From assembly GCA_035292445.1 (NCBI GenBank), contig DATDQB010000010.1:67563-131562 (forward strand): a stretch of 64,000 bases of DNA, in the 5' to 3' direction. Within the stretch, counting starts at the first letter, position 1, and each line of letters starts with the position of its first letter. A model generated the notes under the pieces. It saw only the letters and a list, made by a program, of their open reading frames with translations, did no database searches and had not been told where the DNA came from. Positions 26,741 to 37,596 of this stretch are shown one piece after another. This stretch comes from Candidatus Omnitrophota bacterium (GTDB lineage: Bacteria; Omnitrophota; Gorgyraeia; Zapsychrales; Zapsychraceae). Made by a program: the position numbers and the translations under genes.

Positions 26741-29082
26741 AATTTTTGCGCTATCTTTTCTTCTTCGTAAGCTTCGATAATATCGCCGACCTGAAAAGCT
26801 TCAAACCCGGTCAACTGGATCCCGCACTCCAAGCCTTCGTTGACCTCCCGGACATCGTCTTTAAAACGCTTCAAGGAGGCGATCTGGCCGCTGTGGACGA
26901 CCGCGTTCTCGCGCATCACATCGACCTTGGCCTTACGGTTGACCTTGCCCCGCTGGACATAACAGCCGGCAACGATGCCGTGCTTGGATAACTTGAACAC
27001 GTTCCTGACCTCGATGCGGCTTAAAAATACTTTCTTTGTCTTGGCCTCCAGCATGCCTTCCAAAGCCTTTTTCATGTCATCGACGGCGTCGTAAATGATC
27101 TTATATTGCCGGACATCCACAGGGTCTTTCTCAAGCTCCTGTTTGGCCTTCAAGCTTATCCCGACATGAAACGCGATGATGATCGCTTTGGAAGCGAGCG
27201 CCAGCAAGACATCGGAGGCGGCCACGTCCCCCACCCCCTTATGGATAAACCTGACCTTCACTTTGTTGCTGGGGATTTTGGCCAGCGAATCATGTAAAGC
27301 TCCCAAAGATCCTTGCACGTCGGCTTTTAGAATGACGTTCAATTCTTTGACGAAACCTTCCTGAAGTTTGGAATACAAACCTTCCAGCGTGATACGCTGG
27401 CTGGCGTATAACCTTTTGTCTTTTAATTTTTCCTGGCGCTTGAGCGAGATTTCCCTTGCCAAGCGTTCATCCTCAACGACATAAAACTCATCCCCCGCTT
27501 GCGGAACATCCGGTAAGCCCAAAATTTCAACCGGCGAAGACGGCCCCGCTTCCTTAAGCGTCCTACCGCGGTCATCAAACATGGCCCTGACCTTGCCATA
27601 ATAAGGCCCGACGACAATGATATCCGCATCATGAAGCGTGCCGCTTTGGACAATAAGGGTTGCCATGGCGCCTTTCCCATGGCTTAAATGCGCTTCCACC
27701 ACGATCCCCGAAGATTTTTTGTTCGGGTTGGCCTTGAGTTCCAAAAGTTCCGCCTCCAAAAGGATCAGCTCCAACAGTTGATCGACGCCTTCCCCGGTAA
27801 CGGCGGAAACGCCCGCGACAACCGTCTTCCCGCCCCAATCTTCGGGAGACAGATCATATTCCATCAGTTGTTTCTTCACCCGGTCCAGATCGGCGGAAGG
27901 TTTATCGATCTTGGTCAGCGCCACGACAATGGGCACGTTAGCAGCGCGGGCGTGGTTGATCGCCTCTTCCGTCTGTGGCATCACGCCTTCATCAGCGGCC
28001 ACGACCAGAACAACCAAATCCGTGATATGCGCGCCTCTAGCCCGCATGGCGGTGAAGGCCTCATGGCCCGGCGTATCTAAGAATGTGATCTTCCCCTTAG
28101 CCATGTTAACCGAATAAGCCCCAATGTGCTGTGTGATGCCTCCATGTTCCAAATCAGCCACCTTGGTCTTGCGGATACGGTCAATCAATGTCGTCTTTCC
28201 ATGGTCAACATGGCCCATAAATGTGACCACCGGAGCGCGCGGCAGTAAATTTTTCTTGTCTTCAGGCCCTTCTTTATGGGATTCGATCAGCTGCTCTTCC
28301 TGGGTCTTGATATGAACCGCGTTAAACCCGAACTTCTGGGCCAAATGATTGATAATGTCACCGTCCATGCTTTGGTTGATATGGACCAAGATCCCCATCT
28401 GCATCAATTGTTTTAAGACCTCACTAGGTTTCTGCCCAAGCCTGGCGCTCAATTCTTTAACGGTAATGGGGACTTTTATTTCAATGTCCGGCAGGGCGGT
28501 ATCGCGGACCCATTCCGCCTTTTGGGCCAGCTCTTGAGCTTCTTTCTGCTCCGGCGTTTTTGTCTCTGCGGTTTCCTTTGCGGGCGGCATCCATCCCGTC
28601 GTTGGGGTGGCTTCCTGGCCTGCTGTCGGCTCTTGCTTGGAAAATTCCCTGGAAGATTTCTTTCGTTTGCGGGGAAGAGGCTTTAACGCGATCATCGGCC
28701 CGGCGCTTACCTTTTTCTTGATGACCGTTTTCTTCTTGAGGACTTTCGGTTCTTTCTCAATGGTTTTCTTGTCGACAACCTTCTTTTTGGGTTCTTCCTC
28801 CTTGGCCTCTTTTTTAACCTCTTTCTTAACTTCTTTCTTAACCTCTTTCTTCTTATCAGATTTCTTTTCCTTCTCTTCGGCCTTAGAAGAAGCTGCCGGC
28901 TCTTCCTTTTCAGCTTCTTTCTCAGTCTTTCCGCTTTTCTTAAAAGTACTGCGCACGACGGACACGACCGCCTCGCTTAATTCCTGGGAACTGTCTTTGG
29001 CCTTAAGCTTTAACGATTTCAATGTCTTTAATATATCGTCACTCGATATTTTTAACTCTTTGGCCAGATCGGATACTTTCAT
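26737..29082 (-). CDS. infB: translation initiation factor IF-2
   Basis: 781 aa. KE-rich repeat linker, G-domain ([18 protein letters not shown]) and C-terminal beta-barrel domains. Confidence 0.95.
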   Translation of the reverse strand: MKVSDLAKELKISSDDILKTLKSLKLKAKDSSQELSEAVVSVVRSTFKKSGKTEKEAEKEEPAASSKAEEKEKKSDKKKEVKKEVKKEVKKEAKEEEPKKKVVDKKTIEKEPKVLKKKTVIKKKVSAGPMIALKPLPRKRKKSSREFSKQEPTAGQEATPTTGWMPPAKETAETKTPEQKEAQELAQKAEWVRDTALPDIEIKVPITVKELSARLGQKPSEVLKQLMQMGILVHINQSMDGDIINHLAQKFGFNAVHIKTQEEQLIESHKEGPEDKKNLLPRAPVVTFMGHVDHGKTTLIDRIRKTKVADLEHGGITQHIGAYSVNMAKGKITFLDTPGHEAFTAMRARGAHITDLVVLVVAADEGVMPQTEEAINHARAANVPIVVALTKIDKPSADLDRVKKQLMEYDLSPEDWGGKTVVAGVSAVTGEGVDQLLELILLEAELLELKANPNKKSSGIVVEAHLSHGKGAMATLIVQSGTLHDADIIVVGPYYGKVRAMFDDRGRTLKEAGPSSPVEILGLPDVPQAGDEFYVVEDERLAREISLKRQEKLKDKRLYASQRITLEGLYSKLQEGFVKELNVILKADVQGSLGALHDSLAKIPSNKVKVRFIHKGVGDVAASDVLLALASKAIIIAFHVGISLKAKQELEKDPVDVRQYKIIYDAVDDMKKALEGMLEAKTKKVFLSRIEVRNVFKLSKHGIVAGCYVQRGKVNRKAKVDVMRENAVVHSGQIASLKRFKDDVREVNEGLECGIQLTGFEAFQVGDIIEAYEEEKIAQKL

Positions 29083-29087
29083 GAATG

Positions 29088-30341
29088 CTATTCCTTCCCT
29101 TCCCTATCGGGTTCGTCGGCTTCTTTTTCTTCCGCAGCCTCTTTCGGCTCTTCTTCTTTCGCTTCTTCCTCAACGGCCTCGAACATTCCCTTGGCTTCCT
29201 TGATGAGCTTTTGAGCCTTAATTTTACCTAAACCTTTAACCTGTGTCAATTCATCGACGCCAGCCTCGGCAATCTTCTCGAGCGTGTCAAATCCCGCCTC
29301 TTTGAGCCCTGTGATGATCTTCTCACCGACCCCTTTTAAATCTTCAATGGTCGCATCTTCTTCAACAACCTCTTCCCCTTCTTCTTCTTGAAGCTGTTTC
29401 CATTGATCAAAGGTGAATAGATCAAGCTCCCACCCGACCAACTGGCTCGCCAGGCGGACGTTCTGCCCGTGCCGGCCGATGGCCAGGGATAATTGGTCAT
29501 CCGCTACAATAATATTAGCCTTTTTCTCGTCATAGTTAAGCTGAATCTGGGAAATTTCAGCTGGTGAGAGGGACGCCTGGATATATTCCTTGATGTCCGA
29601 AGAATAGCGCACAATGTCGATCTTCTCGCCATGAAGCTCGGAAACGATATTCTTGACACGGCTTCCGCGCATCCCGACACAGGCGCCGACGCAATCCACT
29701 TTTTCGTCTTTAGAATAAACGGCGATCTTGGTGCGTTCCCCGCAATCACGGGCGATCGACTTGACCTCCACGATCCCCTCAAAGATTTCCGGAACTTCGA
29801 GCTCGAACAAGCGCTTCACGAAGCTGGGGTGTGCCCGGGAAAGGATAATTTGCGGGCCCCTGTTTTCCCTGGTGACCTCCATGATCAAGGCGCGGATGCG
29901 GTCCCCCTGGCGGAATTCCTCCTTCGGCGATTGTTCCTTTTTGGGGATATAGGCCTCGGTCTTCCCCAGGTCAATGATGATGTTGCCCCGCTCAAAACGG
30001 TAAACCCCGCCGCTGATGATCTCCCCGATGCGGTCATGGTACTCTTTAAAGATGACGTCTTTCTCCGCCTCGCGGATCTTCTGGATCACGACCTGCTTGG
30101 CCGTCTGGGCCGCGATACGGCCGAACTCGGAGGAACGGATCTCTTCATCGCCCGCATAAGCGCGCAGCTTTCCCGTCTTCAAGTCCAACACCGCACGCAC
30201 CTCCTGGTTCTTATCCACTGTCCAGAGCTTCTTCGCGGCGGAGGCAACGGCCGATTCCACGGCCTCGATCAAGATCTTCTTATCGATGCCTTTATCGCGC
30301 TCTATCTGTTCCAATATTCCGATTAATTCGACATTTTCCAT
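29088..30341 (-). CDS. nusA: transcription termination/antitermination factor NusA
   Basis: 417 aa. S1 domain, two KH domains, and a C-terminal acidic repeat region. Confidence 0.95.
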   Translation of the reverse strand: MENVELIGILEQIERDKGIDKKILIEAVESAVASAAKKLWTVDKNQEVRAVLDLKTGKLRAYAGDEEIRSSEFGRIAAQTAKQVVIQKIREAEKDVIFKEYHDRIGEIISGGVYRFERGNIIIDLGKTEAYIPKKEQSPKEEFRQGDRIRALIMEVTRENRGPQIILSRAHPSFVKRLFELEVPEIFEGIVEVKSIARDCGERTKIAVYSKDEKVDCVGACVGMRGSRVKNIVSELHGEKIDIVRYSSDIKEYIQASLSPAEISQIQLNYDEKKANIIVADDQLSLAIGRHGQNVRLASQLVGWELDLFTFDQWKQLQEEEGEEVVEEDATIEDLKGVGEKIITGLKEAGFDTLEKIAEAGVDELTQVKGLGKIKAQKLIKEAKGMFEAVEEEAKEEEPKEAAEEKEADEPDREGKE

Positions 30342-30352
30342 GATTATATCTC

Positions 30353-30808
30353 CTATATGATTTGCACGGCCTTTTGGATGATCGCCAAAGGAATCACCAG
30401 TTCTTTCACATGCGTATGGATGGTCACCCCATCGGCCGTAACCTCTGACACTACGCCGTCATGCTCCAGTTTATTTTCAACGATCTTCGACAAATGAAAT
30501 TTGACCATTCTTCCTTTGACCCTTGTAAAATCTTTGTGTGTCTTCAACGGCCGGTCTAACCCCGGCGATGAGACTTCAATCGTATAATCCCCCTCAAACA
30601 AGCTCTCGGACTCGATGAAAAGAGAAACCTTTTTGTTAACCCTGGAGCATTCATCCAACGTTATGCCCCCTTCGTAATGGTCCAAAATCATCAAAACGGC
30701 AACAGTCCTGTTATGATGGTGAATCGTAAAATCAACGATCTCCAGATCATGCTCTTCCAGGATCGGCGCTAGAAACTCCTCAATTCTTGTTTTAACATCC
30801 TCAAACAC
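30353..30808 (-). CDS. rimP: ribosome maturation factor RimP
   Basis: 151 aa. Conserved position upstream of nusA. RimP-like N-terminal helix-sheet plus C-terminal Sm-like region. Confidence 0.85.
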   Translation of the reverse strand: MFEDVKTRIEEFLAPILEEHDLEIVDFTIHHHNRTVAVLMILDHYEGGITLDECSRVNKKVSLFIESESLFEGDYTIEVSSPGLDRPLKTHKDFTRVKGRMVKFHLSKIVENKLEHDGVVSEVTADGVTIHTHVKELVIPLAIIQKAVQII

Positions 30809-32009
30809 GGCTTTCTCTCATTGTAAGAAGCTTTGCAACAAGGTCTTTCTTTTCAACCAATACTGTTTCGCCGCTTTGGCGAACTTTGATCTCGACTTTT
30901 CCTTCCTTAAGGTTGCGCTGACCGATAATTATCCGGTAAGGGATGCCGATCAGATCGGCATCGTTGAATTTACGCCCCGGCGACTCATCCCTGTCATCGA
31001 CCAACACTTCCAAGCCTTCTTGTCCCAAGTCTTTAAGGTATTGCCCGGCCAAGTCGGTGATCTCTTTGCCTCCATCGGAGCCGACGATCGGCAGGATCTC
31101 TACATCAAAGGGGGCGACTTCCACCGGCCATATAATACCTTTTTCATCATTATGGGTCTCGATGATGGCCGCGATCACGCGGCTGACGCCAATGCCGTAA
31201 CAGCCCATGATCATGGGCTTTTGTTTGCCGTCTTCATCCACGAAAAACGCCTGTTGAGCCTGGCTGTATTTCGTCCCTAATTGGAAGATATGCCCCAATT
31301 CGATCACGACCTGCTCTTTTTCCTTGCCGTTTTTGTCTTTAATTTTAATCGTATCTTCTCCAATAGGGGCCGGCACCATAAATTCATGCGAGACATCTCC
31401 GCCCATCGCTCCGGAATCGGCTTCGGTGATGATCACATCAAGGCCGCAACGTTTAAATATTCTTTGATACGCTTCATACATCAGTTGATAATTTTTCTTC
31501 AGGCCCTTTTCATCCCGGTCAAAACTATAAGCGTCTTTCATGATAAATTCGCAGGCGCGCACCACTCCAAAACGCGTGCGCAGCTCATCACGGAACTTGG
31601 TCTGGATCTGGTATAACACGACCGGCATCTGCCGGTAGGACTGGACAAAACTTTTGACCAGATCGGTTATCACCTCTTCGTGCGTCGGGCCCAAGCACAT
31701 ATCGCGTCCACGGTTGTCTTTAAACCGGTACATCACCTCTGCCAAATCCTTGTCCCGTCCGGTCTGTTTCCATAATTCGATCGGCTGAAGGCAAGTCAGA
31801 AACAACTCTCTCGCTCCAGCCGCATTCATCTCCTCGCGGATGATGCTTTCCACCCGTTTTAGAACGCGTAAGCCTAAAGGCAAATAAGAATACACGCCTG
31901 AGGTCAACATATGCACCAATCCGGCCCTTAGCATGAGCTGATGGCTCACGGCTTCGGTGCCGATCGGTACTTCCTTAAGCGTGGGGATAAAATAGCTCGA
32001 CCAATACAA
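30801..32009 (-). CDS. proS: proline--tRNA ligase (short form lacking the INS editing domain)
   Basis: 402 aa. Class-II motifs (FRDE...R, KDAYSFD, GCYGIGVSR). Only ~90 aa separate motif 2 from motif 3. Confidence 0.82.
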   Translation of the reverse strand: MYWSSYFIPTLKEVPIGTEAVSHQLMLRAGLVHMLTSGVYSYLPLGLRVLKRVESIIREEMNAAGARELFLTCLQPIELWKQTGRDKDLAEVMYRFKDNRGRDMCLGPTHEEVITDLVKSFVQSYRQMPVVLYQIQTKFRDELRTRFGVVRACEFIMKDAYSFDRDEKGLKKNYQLMYEAYQRIFKRCGLDVIITEADSGAMGGDVSHEFMVPAPIGEDTIKIKDKNGKEKEQVVIELGHIFQLGTKYSQAQQAFFVDEDGKQKPMIMGCYGIGVSRVIAAIIETHNDEKGIIWPVEVAPFDVEILPIVGSDGGKEITDLAGQYLKDLGQEGLEVLVDDRDESPGRKFNDADLIGIPYRIIIGQRNLKEGKVEIKVRQSGETVLVEKKDLVAKLLTMRESRV

Positions 32010-32014
32010 TTTTG

Positions 32015-33283
32015 TTACTCCTTAAAGAATCCCGGAGGTAATTTGACCATCCTTTTTGCGAATTTGCCCATAAAAGAAGGCGGCGTCTTGTCCATGACCC
32101 ATTCGCCGATAATTGAACCGTCTTCTTTCATGCCGGTTTGTTTAAACGCAAAAACATGGCGCATATAAATTTTGTCTTTATCTTCGTCATAGACCACATC
32201 GGTAACATAGGTCGTACGCCTTTTACCGTCAAGAAAAAGCTCAACGTGCACAATGAGATCGATGGCCTTGGCGACCTGTTTTCGGATCTCCGGCGTGCTT
32301 AACTGGATGCCGGTCATGAGCATCATCGTGACCATGCGGTTGAAGCAATCCTCGGGGGATTCCGCGTGGACAATGGCCAGCGATCCGCTGTGACCGCTAC
32401 TGATCGACTGGACCAGATCCAGCATTTCCTGGCCTCTGATCTCACCGATGATAATGCGGTCCGGGCGCATGCGCAGGGAATTGATAAACAATTCCCGCAT
32501 GGTGATCTCACCTTTCCCTTCGATATTGGGCGGCTTGGACGTCAATTTAACGACGTGCTCCTGCAAAAGGTTCAACTCGGGGGTGTCTTCAATCGTGATA
32601 ATCCGTTCATGGGAAGGGATGTGGCGCGAAAAAACATTCATGATGGTCGTTTTACCGGCACCGGTCGAGCCGCTGTAGATCACGTTGAATTTGCCCTTCA
32701 TCGCGGCGATCAAAAGGATCGATATCTGTTTGTCCACCATGCCTAAATTCAGCAAATCTTCGACGGTGCCGATATCGTCTTTGAATTTCCTGATCGTCAT
32801 GACCGGGCCGATGATGGAACACGGCGGGATAATGACGTTGACGCGGGAACCATCCGTCATGGAAAAATCCACATACGGTGAGGATTCATCGAGGCGGCGG
32901 TTGCTTCCCGAGCTGGCCAAGATCTTCTGAATGGTATGCAATAAATGCGAATTTTCGTCAAAGCGTATATTGGTGAGCTCAATGCGCCCATGCTTTTGGA
33001 CATAAATGGCCTTGGCACCGTTGATCATGATTTCCGTGACCGCTTTGTCTTCCATCAAAGGCTTTAAGGGCCCAAGGCTCGCGACCGCGCTCACCATGCT
33101 GCGGATCAGCTCCATCCTCTCTTCGGGAAAGATCTCGATGTTCTGTTTCAAGCACAGCTCTTCGATGGCGTTGGCGACAAATTCCCGCAATTGGTCCTCT
33201 TTCAGCTTGTCTTTAACCTGAAGGAAGTCCGTTTGATTGATGAGGTAACGGTTGACTCTGCTACGTATTTCTTCTTCGACCAT
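32015..33283 (-). CDS. CpaF/TadA/VirB11-family secretion ATPase (orphan)
   Basis: 422 aa. Walker A GSTGAGKTT, Asp box TIEDTPEL, Walker B/His box (RMRPDRIIIGEIRG). No TadB/TadC, pilin or secretin genes nearby. Confidence 0.8.
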   Translation of the reverse strand: MVEEEIRSRVNRYLINQTDFLQVKDKLKEDQLREFVANAIEELCLKQNIEIFPEERMELIRSMVSAVASLGPLKPLMEDKAVTEIMINGAKAIYVQKHGRIELTNIRFDENSHLLHTIQKILASSGSNRRLDESSPYVDFSMTDGSRVNVIIPPCSIIGPVMTIRKFKDDIGTVEDLLNLGMVDKQISILLIAAMKGKFNVIYSGSTGAGKTTIMNVFSRHIPSHERIITIEDTPELNLLQEHVVKLTSKPPNIEGKGEITMRELFINSLRMRPDRIIIGEIRGQEMLDLVQSISSGHSGSLAIVHAESPEDCFNRMVTMMLMTGIQLSTPEIRKQVAKAIDLIVHVELFLDGKRRTTYVTDVVYDEDKDKIYMRHVFAFKQTGMKEDGSIIGEWVMDKTPPSFMGKFAKRMVKLPPGFFKE

Positions 33284-33309
33284 GGATTTTCCCTAATATA
33301 AATACGGCG

Positions 33310-34407
33310 TTAAAAAATTCCTTTGATTTTATCGATCCAGCCAAAACGGGCAAAATCACTGTAAAAAACATATATTGCCAAAAGAATGATCAGGCTGAAA
33401 CCAAACCGGGCAACGTATTCATCGATCCTAGGTGGCAAAGCTTTTCCCCTTACTTTCTCGACCGCCAACAGGAACAAATGCCCGCCGTCCAAGGGAACAA
33501 CGGGCAAAAGATTAAATATTGCCAAACTCGCTGAAATAACGCCAACGATAAGCAACAAATGCGCCATGCCCATCTCAGCCGCCGATTTAATGATGTAAAA
33601 TATCCCGATGGGCCCTGTCATGGATTCTTTCGGCGACATGCTGCCCGTGAGCATAAAGTAAATGGCTTTATAGGTCATGACGGTGATCTCGACTAATTTG
33701 TCGTACGCCTTCCCGAACGATTCAAAGAACCCACACTTCAAAGCGATAATTTCCTCCGCGGGGCTGATGCCGACCATGCGGACCGTTTTCAGCTGCCCGA
33801 AAATATTTTTTCTTTCCACCACTTTAGGAACAACAGAGATCTTCAGCGGTTGGGCCTCCCGCAACACATCTAATTCAAGGGTCGACGACTGGGATTCGCT
33901 GATCAACTTCTGCACATCGCTCCAGCTTTCCACCGCTTGTCCATCTACTTTTAAAATCTGGTCTCCTACTTGCACGCCGGCCTGCTGGGCGGGGTAATCT
34001 TCGATCAGCTCGCCGACTTTGTTCGATAAATCAGGAAAGCCCAGCATAAACACAATCACCAGACAGAAATACGCCAGGAAGAAATTAACCAGGGGACCGT
34101 TAAAAACAATAAGAGAACGATGGCCGGGTGATTTGGAATAAAATTCCTCCGACGTGCCCTTGCATTGGCTGCGCTCATCGCCGGCCATTTTCACATAGCC
34201 ACCTAAGGGAACGGCACAAACCAGAAACTCCGTGTCATTATGCATCCGTGAAAAAAGCTTGGGCCCGAAGCCGACTGAAAACCGTTCCACTTTCACGCCG
34301 AGTTTCTTGGCCGTTATAAAATGGCCCCACTCGTGCACGATGATCAACACGCTTAGAACGACGATGAAAATAACGATACTTTGGATGTTGGCGATAACCT
34401 GTTCCAT
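33310..34407 (-). CDS. rseP: RIP metalloprotease RseP (site-2 protease)
   Basis: 365 aa. HEWGHF zinc motif, a PDZ domain and the LDGG motif. Confidence 0.9.
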   Translation of the reverse strand: MEQVIANIQSIVIFIVVLSVLIIVHEWGHFITAKKLGVKVERFSVGFGPKLFSRMHNDTEFLVCAVPLGGYVKMAGDERSQCKGTSEEFYSKSPGHRSLIVFNGPLVNFFLAYFCLVIVFMLGFPDLSNKVGELIEDYPAQQAGVQVGDQILKVDGQAVESWSDVQKLISESQSSTLELDVLREAQPLKISVVPKVVERKNIFGQLKTVRMVGISPAEEIIALKCGFFESFGKAYDKLVEITVMTYKAIYFMLTGSMSPKESMTGPIGIFYIIKSAAEMGMAHLLLIVGVISASLAIFNLLPVVPLDGGHLFLLAVEKVRGKALPPRIDEYVARFGFSLIILLAIYVFYSDFARFGWIDKIKGIF

Positions 34408-34408
34408 G

Positions 34409-35563
34409 TTATTTATAAATGATCTTTCTGGCTTCTTCCCTGGCCCACTGATCGGCCTTCATGATCGCATCCAGATCCGGATGCGCCTGCGGGCGATGGC
34501 GTAAAACTATTTTTTCAACCACTTTGTAAATTTGGGTAAACTTGAGCTTTCTTTCCAAAAAAGCCTCCACGGCTTCTTCATCCGCGGCATTTAAGACGGC
34601 CGGAAGCGTCCCTCCTTTTCTGGCAACATGAATAGCCAACGCCAGCGAAGGGAATTTCTTCACATCCGGCTTACGAAACGTCAACTGCTTAAGCTCGATG
34701 AAATCAAGCGGTCTTAAGCCCGACTCCAGCCGCTGCGGATACGTCAGCGCATATTGAATCGGGAGCCGCATATCCGTGAGCCCCAGCTGAGCCATGACCG
34801 AACCGTCTTTGAAAGCGACCATCGAATGAATGATGGATTCGGGATGAAGCACAACCTCAACCTGATCCACGCTCAGATCGAACAACCGTAACGCTTCGAT
34901 AATTTCAAAGCCTTTATTCATGAGCATCGCCGAGTCGACCGTGATCTTGGCGCCCATTTTCCATGTCGGATGCCTTAAAATATCCGGCACCGAAAACTTA
35001 TCAAATCTTGCTTTGGGAATATCCCGCAACGTCCCGCCTGAGGCGGTTAAGTAAACCTTCTTAAGTTCGTTCCTGTTTTGGCCCTGCAAACACTGAAAAA
35101 TGGCGCTTTGCTCGCTGTCAATGGGAATGACCTGGGCCCCGTGCCTGGCAGCTTCTTTCATTAAAATATCTCCGGCCACGACCAGCGCCTCTTTGTTGGC
35201 CGGCGCCACCCGCTTGCCGCATCGAACCGCTTTGAGAAAGGGTTTCAAAGCAGCACTGCCCCGCATCGCCACAACGACAATGTCAACTTCCTTTAAGGAA
35301 ACCAGCTCCTCCAAGTCGCGTTCGACGTCCATGATGTTAACACGCCTCGCCAAGCCATTACCGCTGAAATAATCCTGGCCCTTTTGGCTCAGCGCCACAT
35401 GGGAGGGGTGAAATCGTTTTAGCTGCTTTTCAAGGAGCTTGAAATTGTTATAGGCCGTCAGACCGACGACTTTAAACCGGTCAGGATAACGCTCAATCAC
35501 TTTAAGCGTATTAATGCCGATTGAGCCGGTCGATCCCAAAATAACAATGTTTTTGGCACGCAT
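34409..35563 (-). CDS. dxr: 1-deoxy-D-xylulose 5-phosphate reductoisomerase
   Basis: 384 aa. ILGSTGSIG NADPH-binding N-terminus and conserved Dxr core. Confidence 0.95.
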   Translation of the reverse strand: MRAKNIVILGSTGSIGINTLKVIERYPDRFKVVGLTAYNNFKLLEKQLKRFHPSHVALSQKGQDYFSGNGLARRVNIMDVERDLEELVSLKEVDIVVVAMRGSAALKPFLKAVRCGKRVAPANKEALVVAGDILMKEAARHGAQVIPIDSEQSAIFQCLQGQNRNELKKVYLTASGGTLRDIPKARFDKFSVPDILRHPTWKMGAKITVDSAMLMNKGFEIIEALRLFDLSVDQVEVVLHPESIIHSMVAFKDGSVMAQLGLTDMRLPIQYALTYPQRLESGLRPLDFIELKQLTFRKPDVKKFPSLALAIHVARKGGTLPAVLNAADEEAVEAFLERKLKFTQIYKVVEKIVLRHRPQAHPDLDAIMKADQWAREEARKIIYK

Positions 35564-35564
35564 C

Positions 35565-36392
35565 TTAACTGAACGACAAGATCCAACTGATATAAAAATA
35601 AAAAGCCGGAGCGGAAAACAAAATACTGTCGATCGAATCCAGCACCCCGCCTAAGGCCGGCAGCATTTTTCCCGAATCTTTGACGTTAAGATCGCGTTTG
35701 ATCAAAGATTCTGATAGATCTCCGAGCTGTCCCAGACCTCCGAAGAAAAACCCCATCAAAGCGACATGGACGATGGAAAGGTTCAGCTGAGCCGGGATCA
35801 GGTTGGCAGCGAAAATGGCCGCCAACACACTGCAAAGAAAACTGCCGATACAACCTTCGACCGTTTTATTGGGGCTTACACGCGGAAATAGCGGGTGCTT
35901 ACCGAATTTGCTGCCGATCAACAAAGCCCCCATATCCCCGCACTTGGTCACCAAAAGAATAAAGCCGAGCAATTTGACACCGGCCAACTCAACCTCCGGC
36001 ATCAGATAACGGATCTTGATCAAGAAACTAAACAGCCAGGAAACATATAGAATACCAAAGAGCGTAGTCGAGATCCCGATAACAGCATTAGCATTGTCGC
36101 GGCGCATAAACTGCAGAATGAAAATGAGCAAAAGCAACAAAACCATAAAAAGAAGTTCCCGCTTATCCGTCAGCTCAAACTGCAGAAAGATCGAGATCGG
36201 AATCAAAATACCGATCAAGATCCCTGTATAACTGTAAATGGGAAAACCTTTTTTCTTAAGCAAATAAAAGAACTCATAGAGCCCGCCTATTGTCAGTGCC
36301 AATAAGACCAGAATGAATACCCATTTGTAGAGTACGGCCGCAACCGACAAAGCGATCATGATCGTCGAGCTTATAAAGCGGTCTTTGTTCAT
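35565..36392 (-). CDS. cdsA: phosphatidate cytidylyltransferase
   Basis: 275 aa polytopic membrane protein with the C-terminal CDS signature (KRDLNVKDSG...GG.LD). Conserved uppS-cdsA-dxr-rseP order. Confidence 0.85.
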   Translation of the reverse strand: MNKDRFISSTIMIALSVAAVLYKWVFILVLLALTIGGLYEFFYLLKKKGFPIYSYTGILIGILIPISIFLQFELTDKRELLFMVLLLLLIFILQFMRRDNANAVIGISTTLFGILYVSWLFSFLIKIRYLMPEVELAGVKLLGFILLVTKCGDMGALLIGSKFGKHPLFPRVSPNKTVEGCIGSFLCSVLAAIFAANLIPAQLNLSIVHVALMGFFFGGLGQLGDLSESLIKRDLNVKDSGKMLPALGGVLDSIDSILFSAPAFYFYISWILSFS

Positions 36393-37126
36393 GCGGGAAC
36401 CTTAGGCTCGCCTATCCCCCCGAAACGCCGTTGGCGTTTCTGGTAGGCCAATAACGCGTTTTTAAATTCGTTTTGCGTGAATTCCGGCCAATACTTTTCC
36501 GTAAAATAAAATTCCGCGTAGGAAAGCTGCCAGAGAAGAAAATTACTGATGCGCAGCTCCCCGGAGGTACGGATCAAGAGATCTGGATCGGGCAAATTTT
36601 TTGTATACAAATGCTGATTAACGGTCTCTTCATTGATGTTTTTCACATCCAAAAGGCCGTCCTTGACTTTCTGGGCAATAGCTTGGATGGCATCAACGAT
36701 CTCCAAGCGGGAGCCATAATTAAAAGCCAGGTTCATAACGAGCCTGTCGTTGTGTTTGGTTTTCTCCACCACCGTATCGATCATATCCAGTACCGATTTT
36801 GGGATGCGCTCGCGACGGCCGATAGTTTGGAACCTGATATTGGTGTCAATGAGCTTATTGATCTTTCGTTCAAGGACCGTTGTGAGTATCTTAAGAAGCA
36901 ACTCAACTTCGGAGGCCGGCCGGTTCCAATTTTCCGTGGAAAAAGTGTAGAGGGTCATGATTTTGATGCCGATCTCGTTGGCGTAATCGACGATCTCCTC
37001 TACCCTTTTGACACCCTCAATATGGCCAGTTGAACGGGATAGGTTGCGTTCTTTGGCCCAGCGGCCATTACCATCCATAATGATAGCGACATGCTTAGGC
37101 AGGCGTTCTTTGATCAATTCTTCCAT
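36389..37126 (-). CDS. uppS: isoprenyl transferase (undecaprenyl diphosphate synthase)
   Basis: 245 aa. HVAIIMDGNGRWA cis-prenyltransferase motif. Confidence 0.95.
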   Translation of the reverse strand: MEELIKERLPKHVAIIMDGNGRWAKERNLSRSTGHIEGVKRVEEIVDYANEIGIKIMTLYTFSTENWNRPASEVELLLKILTTVLERKINKLIDTNIRFQTIGRRERIPKSVLDMIDTVVEKTKHNDRLVMNLAFNYGSRLEIVDAIQAIAQKVKDGLLDVKNINEETVNQHLYTKNLPDPDLLIRTSGELRISNFLLWQLSYAEFYFTEKYWPEFTQNEFKNALLAYQKRQRRFGGIGEPKVPA

Positions 37127-37140
37127 GGCACTTAATTAAA

Positions 37141-37165
37141 ATGGGGGATTGTCTATCCCCCATTT
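37141..37165 (-). terminator. hairpin aatgggggat-tgtct-atcccccatt, weak terminator candidate
   Basis: 10-bp perfect stem. The downstream tract on the minus strand is UUAAUUAAG, which is only moderately U-rich. Lies between the coiled-coil gene and uppS. Confidence 0.3.
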
Positions 37166-37210
37166 AAGCTGAAACACGATTCAACCAAATGCTTCTAAAG
37201 CTTATACCAT

Positions 37211-37582
37211 TTAAATATCACCCGTTTGAACAGTTGGAGGCACCTGAGGCGGCATTTGACTGATATCCTTCATCTTCTTCTCAAGAGTATCCTTCGTTTC
37301 AAGCGCTTCCTCTAACCGTGCCTGCAAATCATTCTTAAGCGTCATGGCCTGCTTCAAAAGCAGATCATTCTTTTCCAACTGCCCTTTGACGCCGGCTAAT
37401 TCTTTCTCCAACGAGGCGATTCTCTGGCTTGCCTTAAGGAGGTCTTCCTCCGTCACCATCCGCGTATAACGTTCGCGATTAAGGTCATTTTGGGCCTGGT
37501 CCGCCGATTTGTTATGAAAATACGCCACGGCGCCGCTTATCAAGGCAACCAGTACCGCTAGAATGATGGCAACATTCTTCAT
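37211..37582 (-). CDS. hypothetical membrane-anchored coiled-coil protein
   Basis: 123 aa. N-terminal TM helix then heptad-rich coiled coil. Paired with the downstream OmpA-like gene. Confidence 0.5.
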   Translation of the reverse strand: MKNVAIILAVLVALISGAVAYFHNKSADQAQNDLNRERYTRMVTEEDLLKASQRIASLEKELAGVKGQLEKNDLLLKQAMTLKNDLQARLEEALETKDTLEKKMKDISQMPPQVPPTVQTGDI

Positions 37583-37596
37583 GAATTTGAGAGAAC

